Shown here: positions 51,900 through 62,099 of the stretch, piece by piece
How the letters are laid out: each line of letters starts with the position of its first letter
Position numbering within the stretch: position 1 is the stretch's first letter
DNA from: Hypanus sabinus
Taxonomy: Eukaryota
Reading direction: 5' to 3'
Length of the DNA: 64,000 bases
NCBI RefSeq assembly: GCF_030144855.1
Contig: NC_082731.1
Span: forward strand, 23,126,001-23,190,000
Translations under genes and position numbers: made by a program
Notes under the pieces: generated by a model
Seen by the model: the letters and a program-made list of their open reading frames with translations, nothing else
The model's database searches: none
Told to the model about the DNA's origin: nothing

Positions 51900-52620
51900 T
51901 CCGCGGTTGAAAACGTTTCTTCTCAGCCGAACTTAGTTTCTATTCCTTGGACATTCTGGTAAGGACTGGAGTTCCTGTCACTCTGTACTCCATCCAGGGC
52001 GTAGCATGATATGTTTCTGGTCTGACAGTAAAGTCAGGTACCCCGACATCCACTTCCGAAACCTCCAGCTTCAATGCCAAGTAACCATCGAACGGATACT
52101 CATCAGTAGGAAGTCCATTAATCCGAAGCAGACTGAATGGCGTCAATGATGAATGAGTGATATATCGATTGTAAATTTATCTATAAAGCAAACGAACTTG
52201 ACAACCTGTGTCAAATATGTCTCCAACATAAATGTTTTCAATCCGCATGGTTTCATCATAACTTGGTCCCAAGAAACGTTCCAGAAACGTGTTTAGGAGT
52301 TTAGTATTCCCGTTGATATCCAGATCGGAAACTAAACTCTCGGGAACGTCTGTTGTGTCGCTCCTTGTTTTCACCTCTTTTCTTCTCTGTTTGATTAATC
52401 GCTGATTTATTTTCCGAAAATTTTCCTGTCATCAAACTTCCGTTCGAAATATCTGTTTTCTCCACCCGTTGTAACAACGTAAAACGGTCACCTCTGAGGT
52501 GAACGGATCGCGTTCAGTCGCAGCCAGTCTTATTAACAAGGGGCTCCTGTATTACCTGTTATTCTGACGTATCGGTGCATGAGTGAATGTCTAACGGGGG
52601 ATGCGTCTGCGTTTCAGACT
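51900..52620 (-). mobile_element. Gypsy gag-protease relic
   Basis: ORF 51940..52146 GLPTDEYPFDGYLALKLEVSEVDVGV resembles the vertebrate Gypsy protease region. Confidence 0.6.
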
Positions 52621-54010
52621 TAGTAACGACAGGCAGTGAACTTGAACTGTCGTGATTCACCAACATGCTGTTATCTTTTATGTTGCATTTCACATGCACG
52701 ATTACTTCGGAACTATGTTTGTCAAATGAGAATCATTTGTTACCAACTGGCATCAAATGCTAAAATAGTAAATTACGATATCTGGGAACGTTCACTAATT
52801 GCTGCAGGTGATCAATATTTCAACTGTGATTCCTCATATATCTGTTCAGATTATTTCTAGTCTCAGTAGGAATCTCTGGTGATCAGTTTGCCTCTCAGGA
52901 ACTATCAGAGATAATAAGCATATAACAATTACAGCACGGAAACAGGCCATCTTCGCCATTCCAGACCGTGCCGAAGGTGGTGGAAGTTCCAACTTCCATT
53001 GTTATGGAAGGACACAATAGAGAGTTGAACGTTAATTATTGGGCAATGCTCAATGCAGATGTAGCTTCCTAGTACCCACAGTGTACCAGAGAAACGCTGC
53101 GATATCTACTGAAAAGATTAAGTTCCGGTTATGCACATCAGTCGTCCTATTTCAAAGATTGATATTCCGGAGTGCATGATAGAGACAGTTCTCTGTTAAC
53201 TTTAAGTACTCCGGAGATGTATGCTCCACCTCAGTCAAGTGTCACTGCATCACTACTAACCGATGGTACAGTAGAATTAAGCAACTCAATAATATGTATT
53301 ATGAGATAAACAAAATAATTAATTCATCATAGACAAATTGCAAATTTTGGATTATTCTGGATAATAAGAACTACAGCCCGTCTTTGGTAAAACACCGAGA
53401 AGGTGCATAAGAAGAAAATAAAACAACAGGGGTAAGAAGACAGAAAGACAAAAAGACAGAAGATGAAAGAGAGGCAGGAACACGTAGGACTACATAAATC
53501 GAAGTCTGGTGCCATGGATTGCATTAGGAAGATAATCCAGACAAGTTCATAGATCCAGGGATTTGTCATTTCACAATCGATCTATTTCGGCAATAGTAAA
53601 ATGCAGTGTTGACACTTAATGGACGGCTGGAAAAGATGGGCGCCATAATCTTGTTTTCCAGAGATAATGATGCGTCTTACAACATGTCCTTTTATTTTTA
53701 TGATACCAGTCTTCGTAAAATAGGTGGACAATTCAAAGTTTTATGTCTTATAGAAATTTATTCTCAAAATACGTTCATGTCACTGCTTAAAATACTGTGA
53801 TACAGTTTCCTCTGTGGATGCATAGCAAGTGTATAGAATATTAACAGCAACATAATCAATAAAATTCAACCAGAGGGAAGAAGATGATGAACGGCAACGT
53901 AGAAGAAAAAGATCGAAAACCTAATCATAAATTAGAAATAAATATCGGGACCATAAGAGGATATTCTGGTTCTTCTTGTTAGTTTTCGTGTTCGAAACAA
54001 AAAGAGGTTG

Positions 54011-54430
54011 ATTTAAGCACATCGAACTGAAAGTCATCATAATCTCTCCAATGTCTATCCGTGCACAGGGTATCTTTTCCGGCACATCTACATTTACAAC
54101 AGCTGGTACGTCCTCTGCCCTTTCACTCAGTTTTCTGTTCCATTGAGGAACTAATTTAAACACTCCAACTGCTTAATTTATTTGATTGTAAGGATATTGG
54201 TGCGACTTGAGTTCAGTTGTAACGTCTCCCTTCTGTACAAGGTCCATCGTTAATATTGTTCAGGACCGTATTCTTTCATTTCCAGTACAGCAGTACAGAA
54301 ATGTGAAGAAAGAAACACCTTCTAAAAGTACTGCTCAAACCATGTAACGCTCATTTCACTGAAATGATATTCTACTCTTACCTTCAGTTGTCCGTAGCAG
54401 AGGCAAAAATCTGAAGATTAGCAACTTTGT
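54011..54430 (-). pseudogene. Decayed leader-intron-V gene
   Basis: Leader (M lost) KLLIFRFLPLLRTTE+G with strong donor GTAAGA; 94-nt intron; gta ca-gaa ggg aga.gtt aca.ctg aac (VQEG.VTLNC-like); gat gac ttt.ca gtt...tgt gct (DDSAV..CA-like). Confidence 0.65.
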
Positions 54431-54599
54431 ATTCTGGCTTTTCAACTTCGTCATTAGATACAATGAGTTCCTTTTTAACAAAATACGTTATCATAGGTAT
54501 TTACATTCAATATTCAAATGCCTCCGCGTTTTCGCTAGTTATCTGATCCGTTGCGGTATACCTGCACTTTCAACCTAAATTACTAAGCAGAATCTCGTG

Positions 54600-55010
54600 G
54601 TATCTAGATGCAATTACCGTAAAAAAGTCGCCATCTACGTTGAACTGAAACTGTTTTTTTTTCGACGAGAGCAAACCATACATAGTTGTCGTTGGCAACA
54701 AATACATGGACAGAAAGCCTAAAGAAGGACTGCGCTGAAACTCAGGAGATTTAGGAACGAGTCCGAAGAGCAGAACATCCAAAGTAGCCATCGCTGGTTT
54801 TCATCGTGTGCCATGAGACATGGAATGGAATGAAGGTAGAGTTAGATGCGTGGTTGAGTTTCTGGCGTTACAGACAGCTGGAAATAAACGGCAGGCTGAA
54901 GCTGCATTAGACAATGGCTGCCGAATGGTCGGATGCTAGTGGAAGCACTGACTGGTTTCAGGGGTCTCTGATGCGACCTCACAGATTACTAGGGAAAATA
55001 ATATATGCAC
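54600..55010 (-). pseudogene. Decayed leader-intron-V gene
   Basis: 46-nt leader (GTG)HILFSLVICEVASE; acceptor gtttatttccAG; aga aac tca acc acg cat (cf. GNSVTQ); PKSPEF; SSKKKQFQF; GD at the expected spacing; followed by CACGAGA. Confidence 0.55.
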
Positions 55011-55575
55011 TTCAAACAACCAAACTATTGGCTATTTAGGTGGGACCACCCAAGAAAGCGTGCATGCTGATAGCCACGCTATCTGACCATATGTGCTGCT
55101 GTGACGGCCAGTGTAAACATTTGGAGAATTTTACATTTGGCTGTTCAAATTAAATGCTTTACTGGGGCTAGCGAAATGGATACCTTGCAGTATTGCTACC
55201 AAATTCCATAATCTCTTGCTCCTCCGTTTACTGCTGCTCTCCAGGACCTTATTCGCTTATTGGAAAGAATGTCACATGGACAGAACAGTAGTACTTTGTA
55301 ATGGATCGTGATAACTCATTACTTTTCATTAACCTGTTGCTAGGATCACAGGATCATATTACTTGCAAATGTGAAGCAGATAGTACATCTTTAACAGATT
55401 GTCGCAGGAAAATATGCAGAGCCCTACACTATATCTTGGACTAAAAGCGTGAAACAACAGGGAATATGTTTGCTCTTCTGATCTATGTCGATGACATTCG
55501 ACTAAGAGCTTCCACCGATTCAGGGGATGCTCAAGCCCTAGAAACTCCAGTAAATCATATGAAGGACCGCGAATG

Positions 55576-56134
55576 AGTAAAGAATGCACAGAAAATACAG
55601 GGGCCCAGTCATACAGTGTAAGATTTGGCAATGCAGTGCATCAAATGACTTCAGGTAAGCTTGAGACTTCCCCTCCCCAGTTTGACGCCAATGCTGTTTG
55701 TAAACCTCAATACTGACATTGTGGGTAGGGTGCAGTTAGGTTGTATAACGAAATGTGAGTCGAACATCACAGAGTTGGCAAATAAGTGTTCGTACGGAAT
55801 CAGTAAATTGATAGAAAGTTTTGCCCACATACCTGTGCATAGGAACAGTACAGAAGCTGCCGACCCCCACACACCAGAGTCACCCTCCCCTATAACTGGA
55901 GGTTTACCGGATGAACAGTTCTCTGTAGGAATCAAAATTCACGCATGATTTACGCACATCTTGAGTGCATAGAAGAGGGATGCCATAAGTTGGGAGCTGC
56001 TGCGCTGATTCCATTCTGAGGTGCAGTAATGCATCAGCTGGGAAAGGGCAGTTACAGCCAAAGATCTGAACTGTTAGCAGTTAACTTACCATTGCCACAA
56101 GAATCGAGTGAGAATCAGAAAAGCACAGACTCAT
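55576..56134 (-). pseudogene. Decayed leader-intron-V gene with insertion
   Basis: Leader MSLCF...ILVAM with donor GTAAGT; 52-nt intron with ctaac and ccctttcccAG; ESAQQLP; QPN...LRFTNS; aat ctt aca ctg tat gac tgg gcc.ctg tat.ttc tgt gca (NLTL.D.ALYFCA). Confidence 0.55.
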
Positions 56135-57060
56135 GTGCAGTTATGAATGGAATTGTTCTGTGCATGACAAGGTGGTGGCAGCATATGCAGCAGGCAGGGA
56201 AAACTTTCTAGGGAGCAAGCAGTTTTGGATAACGTTTCGGAGGAGGCAAAATGAATGACGACAACTGTTTTGAATAGAGAAACTCAGCAGAAAGATAACT
56301 CTTTATCCATCTTTTTTAATAATGAACTGTAAAAGGGAAATCAGGAATGCCCTGTGAATTCCGCGTGATGAAGCAAGAGCCACGTAAGTTGGATGAACTT
56401 TTTTGAAATGTGTATCACAAAGAAGGTGTATGCCTACCAGTCCACTTGATGAAATAAGTTATTATTGCATGTGGTGTGATGAAACATGTTAAAAGTGGAG
56501 CGGTGGCTGTGAAGTCGACTGTCTAGATTAATCGGGGGAAGGGAGGTTCTTGTCCAGACAAGGTATGGAAGATTGATTATATTAGATACCTGTCACAGCA
56601 GCAACGATTGAAGTCTTCGCTTCCTATGGATTGCACGTTCAAATCTAATAATGTCAATTCCTTCACAGAGCTGATTAGGATCAGACATTCAATTGAATTT
56701 TAGAATTTAATTGGTTTAATGGGCCGATCAAAAAATGCAGTTAACAACGGATCTCACATTAGTAATGTTGGCTTCTAGTGCAGGAATTAATAGTTTCACA
56801 TTCTGTATAACCAGTGCTAATTGAAACAGTGAAAATATGTTGAAGAAAACAGATTTGTTTATTAATACCAGCTCACAACTCAGGGAATTTTATATTATTT
56901 AAAATGCGCTTTGAAACAATCATCGGAAACGTTTTGGTCGTGGGCCGTCCTGTATAAAAAAATGTAACTGGTTGCACTGTCGGTGGTACTCGATTCATTT
57001 AGTAATGCGAAATAAAATTACATGGTGGACGTTGAAAAATCAGGTTGAATTAAATTTCAA

Positions 57061-57448
57061 GTAAGTAGACAACATTCTCACTTGATATTAACGTTCCAAA
57101 TATCAGCACTGCTTATCAAATGAACAGAACTCTCATTTTATTTCTCAGTGAGGTATAGGTGTAGTCTCTCCTCAACGAACACAGACCAAGCTCTTGTTTC
57201 TGCTGGTGGTCCTAGTGCGATTGTGTGCAAGCGCCGATTTCAGCAGATGAGAACGAGCAGTTTCACTATTTCACAATTTCCCACCATCTATTACCCCGTT
57301 GGGCTACGATCTGTGTTTTTCTAGCGGAATCATTCTGCCTGCAAATTTCTGAAAAAGGTAAACGGCGGGAATCTTCACAGCTAGTATCCAGTTATTTCTG
57401 TTGAACTGGAGACCTGAGGTGTCTGAGGCAGTACGTTCAGACATGGTC
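57061..57448 (+). pseudogene. Old, indel-free V relic
   Basis: Canonical 88-nt intron (GTAAGT...ttttatttctcAG). In one frame: G20, Cys27, Q-x-P at C+16/18, T*GV at C+62-65 (DSAV position) and AGT at C+68, all in the same register as the intact V at 41815. Followed by CATGGTC. Confidence 0.65.
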
Positions 57449-58299
57449 TAAACGGCAACACTACACTTCTCTTCCTGATACGATGAAAGTATTTTACAAA
57501 CAGATCGATGTCGGTAACGATTTATTGCCGAAGAAGGAATCAATCGCGTCAGAGCAAGATGTCTGGACGCTGCTGAAGTCAGGAATGTCCTAAAAGTTTG
57601 TTTACGTACGTAGTCGCGTGCTGAGGGTAGGCGCAGATATTCTATGACTTCCATATGTGTTTTGTGTTTTTTTTTAAATCTATAACAGTCTTCTGTTCCC
57701 TTAGGATTTCAGTGGTCCACCATCTTACAGATGTCCGAGCTGGCGTCAGCAAATTGGTTTAACCACCACGTTTCTTGGCAATGTATTCACATTACTTTCA
57801 GCGGCAATTTATGGATCGCATTAAAATACTTCTTCTGCAGCTTTGGAAATTTTACAACTTGCCTTTCGCTTAAATCGGTGCAATGATAATATCATAACCT
57901 CTGCACTACACTCCGTCCTGTCCGTGCTGTAAATTATTGTCTCACATTCTAGGATGTTGTTAATCTTCATCATTTCAGTTAAAATAGTACTAAACTTCAG
58001 AAGATTGTGGGAACATTGCCCTTGTATTTTCTTAGAACTCCGCTCAATAACGTGCTAATGGATTGCAGACTAAGCGGACTTGGACTGATTTCAAATTGGG
58101 ACAGGAGAACCAGAATCAATAAAGTGTCTAGAACTGCATTGTCAAGAACTTTTGTAGAAAGAGAAAAGGTGCAGACCACCTTGCTGTGATTGGACAAATC
58201 TGAAGAGTATGTGAGTTCAGTGTCCGAGTGTAGGATTTCCTAAACTGTAACTTGCATTGTATGGCGTATGTAAAGCTGATGGAATGTCAGAACGGGTTT

Positions 58300-58705
58300 C
58301 CGGAACAACGATGTGATCGTTAGTTATGTGTGAGTGTGGGAACCTCATAGAACTGATCGAAATTTGAAAGACCTAGTGAGGGCTAACCGGGAAGTTATGC
58401 ATCCAGTAGTGGGAAATACTAGGAGTGGAAGAAAACAAGACGTCTCTGCAGGCAGACATGAGGTAAACTTTATTTTGCCAGAGGGAAATGAATCCGTGTA
58501 ATTTATTAACGTTGACGGCTGCAAGGACGAAGACATTACACATAATTAAAGCGGCGATATGTTCCTGATTATTAGTGGATTCATATGTTTGGAGAAGAAG
58601 GTAGAAGAATGGACCTGACAGGAAAGGTGATTCAACATGATCGACGTTGGAGCAGGCCTGATGGGCTCCATGGGCTAAATCTACTCTTATGTCTATAGTC
58701 TTATG
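58300..58705 (+). mobile_element. CR1 LINE 3' end
   Basis: Tail gatcgacgttggagcaggcctgatgggctcc...ctactcttatgtctatagtcttatg. Confidence 0.65.
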
Positions 58706-59299
58706 ATATTAGGACAATACATCATTTTCCTATTTTAACGCCCTCACTGATGAAAGGCATGGCGATCAAGCAGCGGGCGTGAAGTCAGTTTTTATCCCGC
58801 TTCTATAGAAAATTTATAGGATAATTGGGATAAGACATTTTTTTTCCTTTTCCTTTACCTCAATATCGCCTGTTGAGGCATTGATTTTTAATTACTACCT
58901 GCAACACATTTCTTAGAAAATGTAACATCGTATTTTCGATTCCGCCATTGATTTCACTTGTGCTGCATTAATATACTCACATGACGAAAGGTCCTCTAGG
59001 TCGAAGGTGCAATTCATGGTTTCCGTACATACGAATTTGTTAAATTTTATGATAATAAACTAACCCCAAATTAACCTCTTCGGATTGGTAAGAATGATAC
59101 TACCGCCTTACAGCTCCGGAAATAACAGCTAAACAGGATTTGCGATGAAATTAAATGACATTCTTACTTTGCCAATATACATTTTATAAGGCTCAATACA
59201 GTCATGCCGATAGATTATCTTCTAAGTTCTGTAGGCATTCATTTTACTGTGAGTATGGCTGTGATAATGCAGCACTCATTCTATTTCAGTCCATCCCGA

Positions 59300-59691
59300 T
59301 TCCGACAAACATGACTTTTTCATTTATTGGTTGCAAGTAAGATTAGCTGGGGACTATTGGGAATATGTACACTTTATTCGGTCGTGGTATTCAATTGTTC
59401 TCTGAATTTCATGTGTCACCCGATATAAATGCATGTGCTGGTGCAGAAGAGACGAAGCTGCAGCAAATATCCGCTAGTTTGGAAAATAAATTCTGGGGCT
59501 TTAGATTTGAAAGCACATAGATGGAGTTAATTCAACAGTTTCAAATGCAGAAGCTGCACATCATACGGTAGCAACAACACTGTTTAAGGTAAATTGGCGT
59601 ACGAGTTTCCACTCTGGATCGCGCGATCTCTTTGTAGGTTTTACCGAGCCTCCTGAAGACTCTACGTGTCGGCAGAAGTATACCCACAGTC
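59300..59691 (+). pseudogene. Possible decayed V with near-canonical heptamer
   Basis: Donor GTAAGA at 59337; agc tgc agc (SCS); QQFQMQKLHII; LDRAISL...SL.PEDS; CACAGTC at 59685-91. Confidence 0.45.
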
Positions 59692-60569
59692 AAATAGTTG
59701 ATCAAGAATACCATGCGGAAGAGTAAGCGGGAATTTAAAATTTGCGCTAAACTATCACAAAAATTCCAGTCATTAAAAACACTTTTCATTGTTTATATTG
59801 CATTACCGGAATGTGTTGTCTATAATTGTCATATAAACGGACGTTTTTCGTCGTTTGTTTCCAAAGAAAAGTCTACGCAACATGTTGCCAGTTGGATTGT
59901 TTTCGCGATAAAATATCTTTGTTCCCGTTGCTCGCTGAAGATGGAGATAAAACTGTCGAAGGTGAATGTGATCGTTCATCAGATGGACGTTTCTTCAGAG
60001 GCACACAGCAACATGATAATGAGATGGCAGATCGGAGTTGTGGACACGATACTCATTGGGAAAAAATACAACTCGCAAAAAGGTTATTAATTCTTGGGTG
60101 AGTGTACCAGGAAATCTATCACTGTCGGGAGCTCCGTGTGTCCAGTGATGCATTTCGTTACGATGGTAGATGTGGAAAGGAGTCGCCGATCTGCCTCACC
60201 ATCTAATTAGAAGCAATCAATTAAATTCGATAATCTATCTGATACATCGGCAAATGAAAGTCATATATTAACTGAAAGATATTTGTGTATTCATCGGCAA
60301 TATTATGAACGTTAGTGGAGAATAGCCAATTAAAAACAATATATGACATTTAGCCCACCAATGGATTTTGGGCATTGGTAATTCAATGATAATCCTTTAA
60401 ACTGCAAAAAAAACGTATTCGCTTCGGGTGGAATGCAATCATAAATGGCAAACGGAAGAAAAATCAACCACAATAAACTAAACGTTAGATCAATATCAGA
60501 GGTGATCAAAAGCCAGCAATACAGGGTTGCCCGTTTACTTTCAATTTTGTTTGGTAATTTCTATCCCCG

Positions 60570-60814
60570 AGATAATTCCTGCAATTCCACCGTGGTTTTC
60601 AATCATAAGGAGCAACAAAGAATTAAAGTACTTTCACGCTGCTGTACAGACACCCAGTGAGAAAGGCGAACAGAAGGACCCAATAGCCAGTCTGTGAAGT
60701 ACCATAGCAAGAACATTTCTGCAACCACAATTATAATTACAACAAAATGTCCTATAAAACGTGTGTTTTACCTTTCTAGATCAAAGATTCAGTATATTAT
60801 TATGGATCACAGTA
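60570..60814 (+). pseudogene. Possible decayed TCR-type V with heptamer
   Basis: SCNST; gta cag aca ccc agt gag (VQ.PSE); ISA...TTK.PIK; gat tca g ta tat tat (DS.VYY); CACAGTA at 60808-14. Confidence 0.5.
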
Positions 60815-60912
60815 GGAGTGAAATTAGATTCAAAGAGAAAGAGCGAAGCAAATTATATCAGGGTCTGCTAATCTCTATAATCGAGATAAAAATGACTTTT
60901 CCTGGATCCTTC

Positions 60913-60950
60913 TATTTTCGTAAACATCCGTACGAAGCATAAACACTGTG
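60913..60950 (-). other. Orphan RSS (perfect heptamer, 22-nt spacer, nonamer-like)
   Basis: CACAGTG - 22 nt - ACGAAAATA; no recognisable V or D coding segment abuts it. Confidence 0.5.
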
Positions 60951-61037
60951 AATTAGTTCCATAAGTTGTGTCTGTTTTTAATAATGTTCCTAAATGTTCT
61001 GTTGGTGTTTTGCTTCATAGTTATCTACTCAAGGACC

Positions 61038-61358
61038 AATTTTTGATTATTTAATATCCACTGTACGTCTGTTCAACAAGGTGTAACAAGTAGCTGCCGT
61101 TACCCTGAAGTTCATGATGGTAATGCTGCCTTCAGCCTCATCAAGATTACGGAAGAAGCGCCGACATATCTCCAAAAACAATTTCGTTGTGCCTCTCCAG
61201 AATATTGACCATATCATACAGACAGGGTTTTAGTGAAGGAAACAGAACGTTAATTGTCAAATGAAGCAAAAATATATATACAGCGCATATATTCTCCGTT
61301 CGGTCATTGATGTGAATAATTTATTTTTCTCATTAGCTGGCAGTTACTGAATGTGTTT
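61038..61358 (-). pseudogene. Decayed TCR alpha/delta-type V with a degenerate, 12-spaced RSS
   Basis: Acceptor cttttgcgcAG; THSVT; LTIN(C)S; LY(W)YGQYSGEAQ; RFFRNLDEAEG (cf. RFIVSLDEARK); ends AGACG then TACAGTG-12-TCAAAAATT; exon 293 nt. Confidence 0.7.
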
Positions 61359-61629
61359 CTGCGCAAAAGCAGCAAATATGCTCGTACATAAGTCTTCCAT
61401 TATTGAACTTCGAGCTGCCATATTTCCTCGGTGACACTTTGATTGAATTCCTCATTCGTCAGACCATAGGGTACACGAGCAGATTTATGTTATTCGACCA
61501 TCCAGTCTACCTTCAGCCAACATGAATTTAAATGCATCGACAAAGTGCTCCGATGTTCTATGTTTTTTTTTGACGTTACCGTGAAGGCGAAAACCCATCA
61601 CAAAGGATCCGTAAGTGCTGCTGGTAGAA

Positions 61630-61850
61630 GAACGACAGACATTAAGGCTGCATTCTCGTAATTAACCAGCATTTTGTGACACTTTATGCTCTATTTTTCA
61701 TTCAAAATTACATCCAGATATGTTTGTCAAATGAGAATCATTTGATCCCAATGGCTTCAACTGCCGGAAAAACTGATTCCATTTTCTGATTGCAAATGGT
61801 GATCCATATTTGAACTGTGCTTCGTCGCACATCTTGCCGAATGCTTAATC
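61630..61850 (+). repeat. Third copy of the block at 52625-52850 and (inverted) 31500-31660
   Basis: Shared tatgtttgtcaaatgagaatcatttg, aacgacag and ggtgatc...tatttaactgtg-like words. Confidence 0.8.
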
Positions 61851-62099
61851 TGCCCGAACATCAACAAAGCAGGCACTCTTCATTTCCGGTGTTGACAAAC
61901 TCCCATGATTGCAAACTGGCTTTAGTTTATAACGCCGATGTGAACGTTGGGGATTTCATTTGTCCCTATTCATCCTACTATAATGACTTTTTGCAGGAGT
62001 CTGAGGAGACAAGCCGTAATCCAGGAAAATTCTTCAGTTTACAATTGAATAGCTCAAACCTGAGCACTCAACAAAACTTGCTCCGCAGCATGTGGTAAA

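Noticed and set aside
53650-53770. C...LFL*YQ FR2-like stretch
   Set aside because: Short, with no FR3 or RSS support
55180-55560. Acceptor-like site followed by Cys/Trp-containing frames (possible Ig constant exon)
   Set aside because: No consistent C1-set spacing in any single frame
57600-57870. Possible V relic with CACGCGA-12-ACAAACTTT
   Set aside because: Needs several large deletions to align; too weak to call by eye
59698-60090. 130-aa ORF with GRFSS...CSLK at V-like spacing
   Set aside because: No DSAVYY, leader or RSS; competing frames fit equally well
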